64,000 nt of DNA from Cohaesibacteraceae bacterium. Its GTDB lineage: Bacteria > Pseudomonadota > Alphaproteobacteria > Rhizobiales > MH13. Every line of letters begins with the position of its first letter. The stretch's first letter is position 1. Both the position numbers and the translations under genes were made by a program. Below the pieces are notes generated by a model, which worked only from the letters and a program-made list of their open reading frames with translations, had not been told where the DNA came from and did not search any database. Below are positions 44,479 through 54,649 of the stretch, in pieces. The DNA is taken from the NCBI GenBank assembly GCA_050043025.1, contig JBHJIX010000086.1, positions 12,323 through 76,322 of the forward strand, in the 5' to 3' direction.

Positions 44479-45510
44479 CTAATGGGTGCCGCGTTCCTTG
44501 AGGATTGGATTAATCATCACGGTTTCGCTCAGGCGCATCGGGTCGGCCAACCGAGCCTCAAGCAGGCGTAGCACCTCATCAATCATGGTCCCCAGCGGAT
44601 TGCGGACGGTCGTCAGATTGAAATCAGGCCAGGAGGCGAGCGAGACATCATCGAAGCCAACAATGGCAACATCATCGGGAACGGTCTTGCTTGTGTGATT
44701 TCGAACATAGGAAAGCGCGCCGAGCGCCATGGCATCGTTGGCGCAGATAAGACCGTCAACGCGGTCATCGGCGAGCAAACTGGCTGCCGCTTGCGCGCCG
44801 CCTTCGTAACTGAAGTCCGATTGGACCTGGCCCACCAAGGAAAGCCCGTTTTGAGCCAAGGTGCTGGTGACGCCAGACAACCTTTCACGATCGGATGACC
44901 ATGTGCCTGGCCCGCCGATGTATCCCAAACCCTTGTGTCCGGATCGCAGAAGCAGGTCGACCGCCTGCGCTGTTCCTTCCGCATTGCGACAACACACGCA
45001 ATCGGCAAATGGCGCGTCGACGATACGGCCGGAAAAGATCAGCGGAATGTTGAGCTTGGCGCAATCGTCAAACAGATGGGCGGCGAGGCTACCCCCGCGC
45101 ACGATCATCGCATCAAGCGGGTAGCCGAGCACGGCCATAATCGCCTCTTCCGTCACTGGCATAGAGCCGCCGACCAACAGCGGCCACTTGTTGGCAGCGT
45201 TGAGGCGCGAGAGAAGCATCGCGGCGAACTCGGCATCATACTGATTGGTCATGTCGCCAATGATCACGCCAACCAGGTTGGAGCGCATACCTTGAAGGCT
45301 AGCGGCCAAGGCATTGGGTCGATAGCCAAGCTTGACTGCTGTTTTCAGAATGATCTCGCGTTTGTGTCGGTCGAGATAGGCATTCGGGTCGAAGGCACGC
45401 GAGACGGCGGAACGCGACACGCCGGCCTGCTTGGCAACGTCGCTTGCCGTCACCCGTCTTGGTCTGGAAGCAGGGTCAGCCTCCGAGTGGCCGGCTGGTG
45501 TTTTGGTCAT
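44479..45510 (-). CDS. LacI-family transcriptional regulator
   Basis: N-terminal HTH (VTASDVAKQAGVSRSAVSRAF) plus a periplasmic-binding-protein-like sugar-binding domain. Start at the Met at 45510. Confidence 0.85.
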   Translation of the reverse strand: MTKTPAGHSEADPASRPRRVTASDVAKQAGVSRSAVSRAFDPNAYLDRHKREIILKTAVKLGYRPNALAASLQGMRSNLVGVIIGDMTNQYDAEFAAMLLSRLNAANKWPLLVGGSMPVTEEAIMAVLGYPLDAMIVRGGSLAAHLFDDCAKLNIPLIFSGRIVDAPFADCVCCRNAEGTAQAVDLLLRSGHKGLGYIGGPGTWSSDRERLSGVTSTLAQNGLSLVGQVQSDFSYEGGAQAAASLLADDRVDGLICANDAMALGALSYVRNHTSKTVPDDVAIVGFDDVSLASWPDFNLTTVRNPLGTMIDEVLRLLEARLADPMRLSETVMINPILKERGTH

Positions 45511-45890
45511 GCGCAAGACCTCACATTGGCAAGCGGCAACGCTGAGAGCGCGCTCTAAGTCCAGCATTTCTGGGCGATAGCGAGCGTCATATCGCTGTCA
45601 CCAAACATCTGTATCTGAACACGTGTGCAGACAGTGCGCAATCTGTGGCGGGAAACACTCTTTCAGAAGCATCTCGGGCAACTTGGTTGGTTTGCAAGGC
45701 AACACGTCTTGCACGCCCACTGGGTCCAATCGGTCTTCTGCAGGGTCCCGTGGATGACGCGTTCTTGCACCGAAGAAGGTTCGCTGGCGGTCAGTTGTCC
45801 CGAACCATTTTCGCAACGGCCAGACCTGGTTCAGGTCCGGCTAGCCCAACAATTTCTCGCCTTTCGGCATCCACACCTTGGAGCTCACAC

Positions 45891-47195
45891 ATGAAATCCC
45901 TGAAGATCGCGACAGCAGCCGCTGCTCTCAGCATTGGCTTTTCCGGCGCAGCCTTCGCCCAGACCGAAATCACCTGGTGGCACGCGATGGGTGGCCAACT
46001 GGGCGAGTCGCTCAACCAGATCGCTGAAAACTTCAATGCCAGCCAGGACGACTTCGTCGTGACTCCGGTTTTCCGCGGCACGTATGAAGAGACGCTGACA
46101 GCCGGCATCGCTGCCTTCCGCGCAGGCGAACAGCCCAACATCATTCAGGTTTTTGACGCCGGTGCCGCAACCGTGATTGCCGCGCAAGGCGCAGTCGTTC
46201 CGGTCGAGCAGCTGATGGCCGAATTCGGTGGCGGTTTCGACATCGAAGACTACATCTCCGGCGTCCGCTTCTTCTACGCTGACAGCGACGGCACGATGAT
46301 CGGCATGCCGTTCAACTCATCCACCCCGGTGCTGTACTACAACGCCGATGCGCTGGCTGAGGCCGGCGTCGAAGCGCCATCGACCTGGGAAGAGTTCCAG
46401 GACGTAACCGGTCCGGCACTGCGTGAAGCAGGTTACATTCCGCTCGCGCAGTCGCACCTTCCCTGGATCTTTACTGAGAACTTCTTCTCTCGCCACAATC
46501 TGCAGTTCGCGACCAATAACAATGGCTATGACGGCTTGGACACCGAAATTCTGGTGAACCATCCGGCGATCAAGGCACACTTTGAGGCTGTTGTTAGCTG
46601 GCAGGAAGACGAACTATTCGAGTGGTACGGCACTGGCTGGGGCGACAATCAGCAGCCCTTTGAGAATGGCGAAGTGGCCATGTGGCTGGGCTCGTCCGCG
46701 TCCTTCGGCGGCCTGATGCAGAACGTCGACTTTGAGTTCTCTGCGACGATGCTGCCTTACTGGGAAACGGTAACCACCGAGCCAACTCAGACCTTCATTG
46801 GCGGCGCGGCACTGTTTGCCATGTCCGGCAAGTCCGATGAGGAAAACGCGGCGACAGCAGCCTTCTTTGAATTCCTGGCCTCCGCTCAAGCTCAGTACGA
46901 TTGGCATGCCGCCACCGGCTATGTGCCGATCACCAGTGCTGCCTATGATATGGCGAAGGCCGATGGTCACTATGATCGCTTCCCGGCTGCCGAAGTCGCG
47001 ATTGACCAGCTTTCGCTGCCTGCTGGCGAGTTCACCCGCGGTTATCGGATGGGCTTTTACGTGCAAATTCGTGACGTGATGAACCGTGAGTACGGTCGCA
47101 TTCTGACCGGTGAAAGCGACGTCGACAGCGCATTTGAGACGATCGAGGAAGAAGCCAACCGCCTGCTGGCCCGGTTCGCGCAGACCCAGGGCTAA
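45891..47195 (+). CDS. ugpB: sn-glycerol-3-phosphate/glycerophosphodiester ABC transporter substrate-binding protein
   Basis: Signal peptide MKSLKIATAAAALSIGFSGAAFA. TEITWWHAMGGQLGE...GIAAFRAGEQPNIIQV closely parallels E. coli UgpB as I recall it. Confidence 0.85.
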   Translation: MKSLKIATAAAALSIGFSGAAFAQTEITWWHAMGGQLGESLNQIAENFNASQDDFVVTPVFRGTYEETLTAGIAAFRAGEQPNIIQVFDAGAATVIAAQGAVVPVEQLMAEFGGGFDIEDYISGVRFFYADSDGTMIGMPFNSSTPVLYYNADALAEAGVEAPSTWEEFQDVTGPALREAGYIPLAQSHLPWIFTENFFSRHNLQFATNNNGYDGLDTEILVNHPAIKAHFEAVVSWQEDELFEWYGTGWGDNQQPFENGEVAMWLGSSASFGGLMQNVDFEFSATMLPYWETVTTEPTQTFIGGAALFAMSGKSDEENAATAAFFEFLASAQAQYDWHAATGYVPITSAAYDMAKADGHYDRFPAAEVAIDQLSLPAGEFTRGYRMGFYVQIRDVMNREYGRILTGESDVDSAFETIEEEANRLLARFAQTQG

Positions 47196-47223
47196 GACCC
47201 ACACTGCCACAATGAAAAGTGGT

Positions 47224-47243
47224 GGCCGTCAAAAAAGACGGCC
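47224..47243 (+). other. intercistronic hairpin between ugpB and ugpA
   Basis: ggccgtc-aaaaaa-gacggcc, a 7-bp perfect stem with no following T-run. Confidence 0.4.
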
Positions 47244-47263
47244 GCCGCATCCCTGTTTAAGAG

Positions 47264-48154
47264 GTGCCTACGTTGAAACGGGCTGTTTTTTCCAATCCCT
47301 GGCTGCCGATCCTGATTCTGACACCGCAGCTGGCGATTATCGCGGTCTTCTTCTACTGGCCCGCTGGCTTCGCCATCCATTCATCCTTCTATCTTCAGGA
47401 CCCGTTTGGCTTCGGGTCCACTTTCGTGGGGATGACCAATTACACCGATCTGGCCACCTCATCAGAATACGTCCGGGTTGCCTGGTTCACGCTGATTTAC
47501 ACCGCGCTGGTGACCTTCTTTTCACTCGCAATTGCGCTGCTATTGGCGGTGAAGGCCGACAATGTCCTGCGCGGAGCAAAAACCTACCGCACCTTGCTGA
47601 TGTGGGTGTACGCCGTCGCGCCGCCGGTGGCGGGCCTGATGGGCCTGATGCTTTTCGATCAGGGCACCGGCCCCATCACGCAGCTCTTTGCGCAGTTTGG
47701 CTGGGAATTTAAGCTCGGCGTCAATTACTGGGATACAGCGACCGCGATGGTGATCGTTGCGGTTTGGAAGCAGGTTCCCGTCAACTTCATTTTCTTCCTG
47801 TCCGGGCTGCAGTCTATTCCCAAATCGGTTCGTGAGGCAGCCTTGATCGACAACCGTTCGGCTTCAGGTCGGTTCTGGGACGTCATTTTTCCGCTGCTTG
47901 CGCCCACCGCCTTCTTCCTGCTCATCATCAACATCACCTATGCGCTGTTCGACACGTTCGGCGTCATCGACACGCTCGTTCAGGGCGAGCCAGGCAACAA
48001 CCCCATGCCACTCGTCTACAAGGTTTTTGTTGATGGGTTCCGCGGCAACGATTTGGGCGGCTCGTCGGCACAGTCGGTCGTCTTGATGCTCTTGGTGCTC
48101 CTTCTCACCGTCTTCCAGTTCCGGCTCATGGAACGCCGGATCCACTACACCTGA
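47264..48154 (+). CDS. ugpA: sn-glycerol-3-phosphate ABC transporter permease UgpA
   Basis: Six-TM MalF/UgpA-type permease with an EAA-like loop (GLQSIPKSVREAALIDNRS). The TTG at 47273 is an alternative start. Confidence 0.85.
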   Translation: MPTLKRAVFSNPWLPILILTPQLAIIAVFFYWPAGFAIHSSFYLQDPFGFGSTFVGMTNYTDLATSSEYVRVAWFTLIYTALVTFFSLAIALLLAVKADNVLRGAKTYRTLLMWVYAVAPPVAGLMGLMLFDQGTGPITQLFAQFGWEFKLGVNYWDTATAMVIVAVWKQVPVNFIFFLSGLQSIPKSVREAALIDNRSASGRFWDVIFPLLAPTAFFLLIINITYALFDTFGVIDTLVQGEPGNNPMPLVYKVFVDGFRGNDLGGSSAQSVVLMLLVLLLTVFQFRLMERRIHYT

Positions 48155-48171
48155 AGGGCGAAAGAAGCGTC

Positions 48172-49092
48172 ATGGCCGACATTATCGATACCGCACCTTC
48201 CGCCGAGGCAGAGGAACGCACCGTGGCCACGCCACTCTCACGCAGGTCCATCAAATGGAACGTGGTGGGCGATCACGTGATTCTGATCATTGGCTCGCTG
48301 TTCATGTTGGTCCCAGTTTTTCTGGTGTTCATGACGGCGAGCTACGACCAGATAACGATCCACCGCGAGGGCATGCAGTGGACTATGGGCGATCAGCTCG
48401 GCAAGAATTTTCACGACGCGATGTTCGAACGCGGTGGCTTCACCGACACCGTCGATGGCATGCGGATGCTGACCAACTCGATGATCCTCGGTGTCGGGTT
48501 TGCCGTTGGCAAGATCATCATTTCAATGCTTGCAGCCTACGCGATCGTTTACTTCCGTCTAAAGTTCGCAACGTTCGCGTTCTGGGTGATTTTCACCACG
48601 CTCCTGTTGCCGCTTGAGGTGCGCATCCTGCCCTCCTATGAGGTGATCCAGTCTATGGGGCTGATCAACACCTATACCGGGCTGATCGTGCCGCTGATTG
48701 CGTCGGCAACGGGAACCTTCTTCTTCCGGCAGTTCTTCCGATCGGTACCAGAGGAATTGGTTGAAGCCGCGCGCATCGACGGTGCTGGGCCGGTGAAGTT
48801 TTTCATCGATATTCTGATTCCACTGTCACGCACGATGATCGCAGCGATCTTCATCATCATGTTCGTCTTCGGTTGGAACCAGTATCTGTGGCCGACATTG
48901 ATCACCACCGAGGAAGGGGTCTTCACCCTCGTGCGCGGTATCCGTCAGATCGTTCAGACCTATAACGACTCGGCCATTCCCGAGTATGGACAGGCCATGG
49001 CGCTGGCGAGCATCGCCATGCTGCCCCCGGTTCTAATCGTAATCTTCTTCCAGAATTGGTTCGTGAAGGGCCTGACGGAATCCGACAAATAG
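48172..49092 (+). CDS. ugpE: sn-glycerol-3-phosphate ABC transporter permease UgpE
   Basis: MalG/UgpE-type permease (FRSVPEELVEAARIDGAGP). Confidence 0.85.
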   Translation: MADIIDTAPSAEAEERTVATPLSRRSIKWNVVGDHVILIIGSLFMLVPVFLVFMTASYDQITIHREGMQWTMGDQLGKNFHDAMFERGGFTDTVDGMRMLTNSMILGVGFAVGKIIISMLAAYAIVYFRLKFATFAFWVIFTTLLLPLEVRILPSYEVIQSMGLINTYTGLIVPLIASATGTFFFRQFFRSVPEELVEAARIDGAGPVKFFIDILIPLSRTMIAAIFIIMFVFGWNQYLWPTLITTEEGVFTLVRGIRQIVQTYNDSAIPEYGQAMALASIAMLPPVLIVIFFQNWFVKGLTESDK

Positions 49093-49133
49093 CGGCCCAG
49101 CGTTTGGTGCCGAATGAATAAGGTTGTTTTGCA

Positions 49134-50186
49134 ATGGCAAAAGTAACGCTGGATGGTGTGCGCAAGGTCTACCCCAATGGGGTGGAAGCCGTACGGGCCT
49201 CAAGCTTTGAGATCCCTGAAGGTGAGTTGGTTGTCCTGGTCGGACCGTCCGGCTGCGGCAAGTCCACCTTGCTGCGCATGGTCGCCGGCCTTGAGGCCAT
49301 CACCGATGGAACGCTCAAGATCGGAGACGCCGTGGTCAACGATGTTGATCCGGCAGATCGGAACATCGCCATGGTGTTCCAAAACTATGCGCTTTATCCG
49401 CATATGACAGTTGCCAAAAACATGGGCTACGGGTTGAAGAACCGGGGCTTGCCCAAGGCGGAGATCGACCAGAAGGTCCAAGAAGCGGCCAAGATGCTCA
49501 ATCTGTCGGAGTTTCTGGACCGTCGGCCCAGCCAGCTCTCTGGCGGTCAGCGCCAGCGCGTTGCGATGGGGCGTGCCATTGTCCGTGAGCCTATGCTCTT
49601 CCTGTGCGATGAGCCGCTGTCCAACCTGGATGCTAAGCTGCGCAAGCAGATGCGCATTGAAATCCGCTCGCTCCAGCGGCGTCTGGGGGTGACGGCCATG
49701 TACGTGACGCACGATCAGGTGGAGGCCATGACAATGGCTGATCGGATCATTGTGCTCAACAATGGCCAGATCGAGCAAATCGGCACGCCCTCAGAGATCT
49801 ACAACAGTCCGGCCTCAACCTTTGTCGCCAGCTTCAAGGGCGCACCGCCGATGAATGTGCTGGAAGCCTCGCGTGATGACAGAGGCCCGCTGCAGTTGGG
49901 CGTAAACGTTGCTCTGCCAGTGCCAGCACCTGAACAGTGCAATGGTTCGGTTCTGGTGGGTATTCGCCCCGAAGATGTTGCCTTGCGCGAAGACGGCCCC
50001 CTCACCCTTGATGTGCACATCGTGGAAGAGCTTGGAGCTCATCGCCTGCTTCACGGCCATTTGGGCGGGCAATCCTTCTCCGTGTCCGTTCCCAAGGACC
50101 AACAGGTGGAGGTCGCCCCGGTCAACATGGCGCTTAAGCCCGAAGCAGTTCATTTCTTTGACACCGACACCGGACGTCGTCTGTGA
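49134..50186 (+). CDS. ugpC: sn-glycerol-3-phosphate ABC transporter ATP-binding protein UgpC
   Basis: GPSGCGKST Walker [15 protein letters not shown] signature, Walker B region reading LFLCDEPLS (the usual Walker B Asp is Cys here), MalK-like C-terminal domain. Confidence 0.9.
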   Translation: MAKVTLDGVRKVYPNGVEAVRASSFEIPEGELVVLVGPSGCGKSTLLRMVAGLEAITDGTLKIGDAVVNDVDPADRNIAMVFQNYALYPHMTVAKNMGYGLKNRGLPKAEIDQKVQEAAKMLNLSEFLDRRPSQLSGGQRQRVAMGRAIVREPMLFLCDEPLSNLDAKLRKQMRIEIRSLQRRLGVTAMYVTHDQVEAMTMADRIIVLNNGQIEQIGTPSEIYNSPASTFVASFKGAPPMNVLEASRDDRGPLQLGVNVALPVPAPEQCNGSVLVGIRPEDVALREDGPLTLDVHIVEELGAHRLLHGHLGGQSFSVSVPKDQQVEVAPVNMALKPEAVHFFDTDTGRRL

Positions 50187-51190
50187 CCAAAATGGTCCAA
50201 GCGCTGCCGGAAGTAACGGCAGCCGAGCGAGAGGCAATCATTGCCTCGCCGCGCACCATATCGGCCCATCAGGCATTGATGACGCAGCTTCCTGCGATGC
50301 AGGCCTTGGAAGTTGGCGGTTCGACCTCCGTTGAACGACTACCAACCCGGTTCAACGTTGCGGCCTGGAATGTCGAGCGCTGCCTCTACCCTGAGGAAAG
50401 CGCCGATCTGCTTGCTCAGCATTCCCCCTCCATTGTTCTCCTGAGCGAGATGGACAGCGGCATGGCAAGGACGGGCCAGCGCAACACGACGGCCGAGATC
50501 GCTGCCAAGCTAGGTATGCGCTATGCCTTTGGCGTTGAGTTCTATGAGATGGACCTGGGCGGTCCCATCGAGCGCGCGCTATGTGTGGACGATCACAATC
50601 AGCTTGGCTGGCACGGCAATGCGATTTTGTCCTCCGTGCCTTTCACCGATTTGGCACTTATCCACCTGGATAATCAGGGACGCTGGTTCGCCACCGATGG
50701 CGGCCGCACAAGCGACCCCAACCAACCGCGCGTCGGCGGCCGTATGGCCATTGCGGCAATGGTTGAGACCGAGTCCGGACAGGTCTGCGTGGCCTCCACT
50801 CATCTGGAAAGCAATGCAGACGCCGCCTACCGGCACGAGCAGTACGATCATCTCCTGGCGAGGGTCGAGGATTTCGCTGCCGGCGCCCCCATCCTGATCG
50901 GTGGTGACCTCAACACCGGCAATCACCTGCCGCCCGACTATGCCTGGCAATCCGAGACACTGTTTCAACTGGCGGAAGACCGGGGATACTCTTGGGAACT
51001 GACGCCCCCGGGGATAACGACCCGAGCAAGCTCGCTGTCACCTGCACCAAGCAAAGAGATGAAACTCGATTGGTTCTGTGCGCGAGACATTGAGGGAGAC
51101 ACTGGTTCTGTTGTTCCGGCCCTCGGGCGGGACGGTAGGGCTCTTTCCGATCACGAGTGCATTGTCTGCAATGTAGGATTGCCAAGCTAG
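50183..51190 (+). CDS. endonuclease/exonuclease/phosphatase (EEP) family hydrolase, translationally coupled to ugpC
   Basis: The GTG at 50183 overlaps the ugpC TGA (ctGTGAcc). EEP motifs WNVE, LLSEMD, GNAILS, THLES, GGDLN, SDHE. Confidence 0.75.
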   Translation: MTKMVQALPEVTAAEREAIIASPRTISAHQALMTQLPAMQALEVGGSTSVERLPTRFNVAAWNVERCLYPEESADLLAQHSPSIVLLSEMDSGMARTGQRNTTAEIAAKLGMRYAFGVEFYEMDLGGPIERALCVDDHNQLGWHGNAILSSVPFTDLALIHLDNQGRWFATDGGRTSDPNQPRVGGRMAIAAMVETESGQVCVASTHLESNADAAYRHEQYDHLLARVEDFAAGAPILIGGDLNTGNHLPPDYAWQSETLFQLAEDRGYSWELTPPGITTRASSLSPAPSKEMKLDWFCARDIEGDTGSVVPALGRDGRALSDHECIVCNVGLPS

Positions 51191-51222
51191 CAAAGCCATC
51201 AGAATTCAGTCGGCTCGGCGCT

Positions 51223-52380
51223 CTACTTGGCTTTCTTCAGCGCATACTGCGTCATCAACGGCCCAACGATCTCGAAGAAGATCGTGCTGGCAATCGTGAT
51301 GGTCACGATGATTTCGCGGTACTGCGGGAAGTGGTCGCTGGCGACCAGCGCCATGCCAATGGCAACGCCTGCCTGCGGCATGAGGGCCATGCCGGTCAGT
51401 GTACCCTGCCCGCCTCCAAGGTCGGTCAATCGGCCGGCCAGCCATCCACCCAAAAAACGCGCGGCAAACCGCAGCACCACATAGCCAATCCCAATCGTGC
51501 CGACGGCAACCAGCGCCTCCACATGCAAAGATGCACCTGCCATCACGAAGAACAACAACAGGAACGGCCACTCGATCCGCTCGATCTCATGAAACGGGCG
51601 ATCATGGTGCCGGGCAAAATTCACGATCACCATGCCGCAGACCATTCCCGCCAAAAGGTAGGAAACGCCGAAATAAAAGGACAGTCCCGTACACAGAAAA
51701 ACCAGACCGATAGCCTCAACGAGCGATGGCTCGCCGGGCTTTAAGCGTCCTGTCAGGTAGGCTGCCGGAAACCCTATTGCTGCGCCAAGGATGATCGCCC
51801 CACCTGCTTCATAAAGCGCTGTCGTGATGGTTCCACCGTCAGCTCCATAGCCGGCAGCAAGCGCGGCCACCGTCAAAAGAAGGCTGAACGCCAAAAGCCC
51901 CCAGGCATCGTCAATCGCGACAATCCCAACCAGACGGGTCACGAACGCGTCCTTGCGCCCCGACTGGCGGATCACATCATGTGTGGCTGCCGGTGCGGTT
52001 GCCGCTGATATCCCGCCCAGCAGCAGCGCGACGGGCAAGGGAACCCCGAGCAGGTAAAGGCCACCACTCACCAAACAGATCGAATCGGCATCCACGACGA
52101 CCGAGATCACCAGTATATCGCGTCCTTGCGCCGCCAAAGTGGACCGGCTGAGGGAGTGGCCGAGCAGGAAAGCAACCATAGTGAGCGCAAGGCCGGTATA
52201 GACCTCGCTGCCTTGCGAAAACGCCGCTGGCAGAACATCGAGAACCGGAGGCCCGAGCAGAGCGCCCAGCAGCATTAAAAGCGTGACGCGCGGAACGTGG
52301 ACGATGCGTCCCAAAGCATCCAACGCCAGACCGCCAAGGAACAAAACACCGGCGGCGATGAGAACGATGGACGGTTCCAT
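51223..52380 (-). CDS. cation:proton antiporter (Na+/H+ exchanger family, no KTN domain)
   Basis: 385-aa polytopic membrane protein with a CPA-type pattern (LLMLLGALLGP..., GLSFYFGVSYLLAGMV.G). Confidence 0.7.
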   Translation of the reverse strand: MEPSIVLIAAGVLFLGGLALDALGRIVHVPRVTLLMLLGALLGPPVLDVLPAAFSQGSEVYTGLALTMVAFLLGHSLSRSTLAAQGRDILVISVVVDADSICLVSGGLYLLGVPLPVALLLGGISAATAPAATHDVIRQSGRKDAFVTRLVGIVAIDDAWGLLAFSLLLTVAALAAGYGADGGTITTALYEAGGAIILGAAIGFPAAYLTGRLKPGEPSLVEAIGLVFLCTGLSFYFGVSYLLAGMVCGMVIVNFARHHDRPFHEIERIEWPFLLLFFVMAGASLHVEALVAVGTIGIGYVVLRFAARFLGGWLAGRLTDLGGGQGTLTGMALMPQAGVAIGMALVASDHFPQYREIIVTITIASTIFFEIVGPLMTQYALKKAK

Positions 52381-52539
52381 TGGGCAGGAAAACTCACTTC
52401 AGGCATGCGCTCAATCTCAGTCAAGCAGTCCGCCACGAGCCGTCAGGGCTGGCGGCAAACGATACCTGCACCGATACATGCGCTATGGCTTATGTGCGCA
52501 GGAATTTGCAAGCCATTCAGGCGCTCGTACGTATTGGCG

Positions 52540-53406
52540 CTATGGCCAAGCGGCATACGATGCCCGCACATCCTCTTCGGCGCCCGTAGGTCTGTGCACC
52601 CTGCGGTACTTGCCGGGCGATACATCTTCATGCCGCTGGAAAAACCGGTTGAAATAGGCGGCGTCGCTGAACCCTAGCCGATAGGCAACCTCGGCAACCT
52701 GTAGGTCAGATTGCAAAAGCAGCGTTTTCGTCTCGTCCATCAGACGCGCTTGGATATGGGCGTGCGGTGTTCGGCCAATGGCCCGCCGGACAACGGCGTT
52801 CAGCCGGTCACGCGTGACGTTGAGTGCCTGCGCATACTGGCCGACGGTCCAGTGCTGGGTGAGTTGCAGTTCCACAAGCCCAAGGAAATCCTGAACAATC
52901 CGACTTGGCAGGAGAACGGGCTTTTCAATTTTGGGAGCTGCTGACCGCCAGGTGTGGATCAGTATCAACGATACCAACATCTGAACTGCGGTATCCGATC
53001 CGGGCGCATTGTCCGATAGCTCTGCCTCGATCTCGTCGAACAGACCGCGCAGACGAGGAATGGACTTCTTGGCAGCGGTGTCCAAGACGACCAGACGCGC
53101 GCCTATTGTTTGGCGGATATGCCCCGATAGAACCCCTGTCGACATCGCCCGGCCGATGATGGTTTCGGTTAGGCGTAGAGAAACCCCACGGGTTCCGGCG
53201 GACATCCCAAGGCGTGCCAAGGCGCCGACTGGCAACCAGACCAAACACGGCGCGTCCAGATCGATTTCGTTGTCGTCTTCGATCAATCTGGCCGCTCCCG
53301 CATCAAGCATGAACAGGCCGGCGCGGCGACCGCGCAACGCGAACTCGATTGCCGTCAGCGTGCTGTCGATCCGGTCCGCCTGGATTGATGGAGCTTCTCC
53401 CATCAT
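52540..53406 (-). CDS. AraC-family transcriptional regulator
   Basis: C-terminal double HTH (WTVGQYAQALNVTRDRLNAVVRRAIGRTP...VAEVAYRLGFSDAAYFNRFF). Divergent from the TRAP operon. Confidence 0.85.
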   Translation of the reverse strand: MMGEAPSIQADRIDSTLTAIEFALRGRRAGLFMLDAGAARLIEDDNEIDLDAPCLVWLPVGALARLGMSAGTRGVSLRLTETIIGRAMSTGVLSGHIRQTIGARLVVLDTAAKKSIPRLRGLFDEIEAELSDNAPGSDTAVQMLVSLILIHTWRSAAPKIEKPVLLPSRIVQDFLGLVELQLTQHWTVGQYAQALNVTRDRLNAVVRRAIGRTPHAHIQARLMDETKTLLLQSDLQVAEVAYRLGFSDAAYFNRFFQRHEDVSPGKYRRVHRPTGAEEDVRASYAAWP

Positions 53407-53562
53407 GGAGCGTCCCACCCTCATAAAAGTGCAATTTAACACTCAAATTGTCTATTACTGGTTCCATCGCTGCAAGCTATTTTTCCAGGATGCCGTGCCG
53501 CCCCATGAGGAAGGCTCAGGCAGCACACCGCGCAAAGCGGGACCAAAAATTGGGAGGATACA

Positions 53563-54582
53563 ATGAAATTCACCAACTTTGGCTTGGCGACCGCGTTTGC
53601 GACAGCCCTGACCGTTACGTCGCCCGCTGCGCAGGCGGAAGAGCTGTCGTTCGCAACTTTCCTGCCGCACAACCATGAAACAATCACCGGTATGTATGCG
53701 TGGTTCGAGAGCGAGGTTGAGGAGCGCTCAGGCGGAACACTGTCGTTGAGGCTCTACCCGGCAGGCCAGTTGGGCGCAGGGCCGACGCAGCAATACAGGC
53801 GGGCGCTCGAAGGCGTCGCTGATATCACATTTGGCTTAGCGGCTTCCACGCCCACCCTGTTCCCCAGATCCCTGATTGCCACACTTCCTGGTAGGGCTGT
53901 TGACGCAGAGGACGCAACCCGCCGGATTTGGACCGTCTATGACGAGTACCTGGTGGACGAGTGGACCGACGTGAAACTCCTTGCATTGGGCACTGCGGCC
54001 GGACGCATGCTCGTCGGTAACAGGGACTTGTCGACGCTGGATGGCATGCAGGGCGCCAAGCTCGTTCCATTTGCTGCTATGACGACGCCGGTCGTCCAGG
54101 GCATGGGCATGGTCCCGGTTCAGATGGAGCCCTCTGAACACTACACCGCCCTTAGCACTGGAACGATCGACGCTGCGGTCTCAACCATCAACAACCTCTT
54201 GCCGCCATGGAACCTTGATGAGGTCGCCGACTACGCGATTATCAACACGCCGGCATCCCAACTCGTCCTCTTCATGGTCATGAACCGGGAGCGCTACGAG
54301 AGCTTGTCGGCCGAGCATCAGCAAGGCCTTGATGACATTTCCGGTCTGCCACTTTCCCTAGCGCTTGCTCGGTCCTTCGCTGACTATGATGACTATGCGC
54401 TTCAATGGATCGACGAGCAGATCAAAGTCGGTGAGTTGAACGTCGAATGGATCATCACGTCGGACGACGAGCGCGCTAAAATGGAGACTGCAGTCGCCGA
54501 CGGTATGGAAGAAATCTACCAAGACTATGCTGAGCGTGGGATCGATGACGCGCGTGAAATCTACGAAGCACTGAACCAGTAG
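53563..54582 (+). CDS. TRAP transporter substrate-binding protein (DctP family)
   Basis: Signal peptide MKFTNFGLATAFATALTVTSPAAQA. DctP-like length and sequence, followed by Q and M subunits. Confidence 0.8.
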   Translation: MKFTNFGLATAFATALTVTSPAAQAEELSFATFLPHNHETITGMYAWFESEVEERSGGTLSLRLYPAGQLGAGPTQQYRRALEGVADITFGLAASTPTLFPRSLIATLPGRAVDAEDATRRIWTVYDEYLVDEWTDVKLLALGTAAGRMLVGNRDLSTLDGMQGAKLVPFAAMTTPVVQGMGMVPVQMEPSEHYTALSTGTIDAAVSTINNLLPPWNLDEVADYAIINTPASQLVLFMVMNRERYESLSAEHQQGLDDISGLPLSLALARSFADYDDYALQWIDEQIKVGELNVEWIITSDDERAKMETAVADGMEEIYQDYAERGIDDAREIYEALNQ

Positions 54583-54649
54583 CTTCACCCAATGCCAGGC
54601 CAGGTCGGGGTTCACCGGCCTGGCACAATTCCCGCAAAGGTCCGACCAG

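Noticed and set aside
45595-45615. Pho-box-like CTGTCAC ... CTGTATC upstream of ugpB.
   Set aside because: The two half-sites are 14 nt apart start-to-start rather than the 11-nt periodicity of PhoB boxes, and the second repeat is poor. This is not enough to call.
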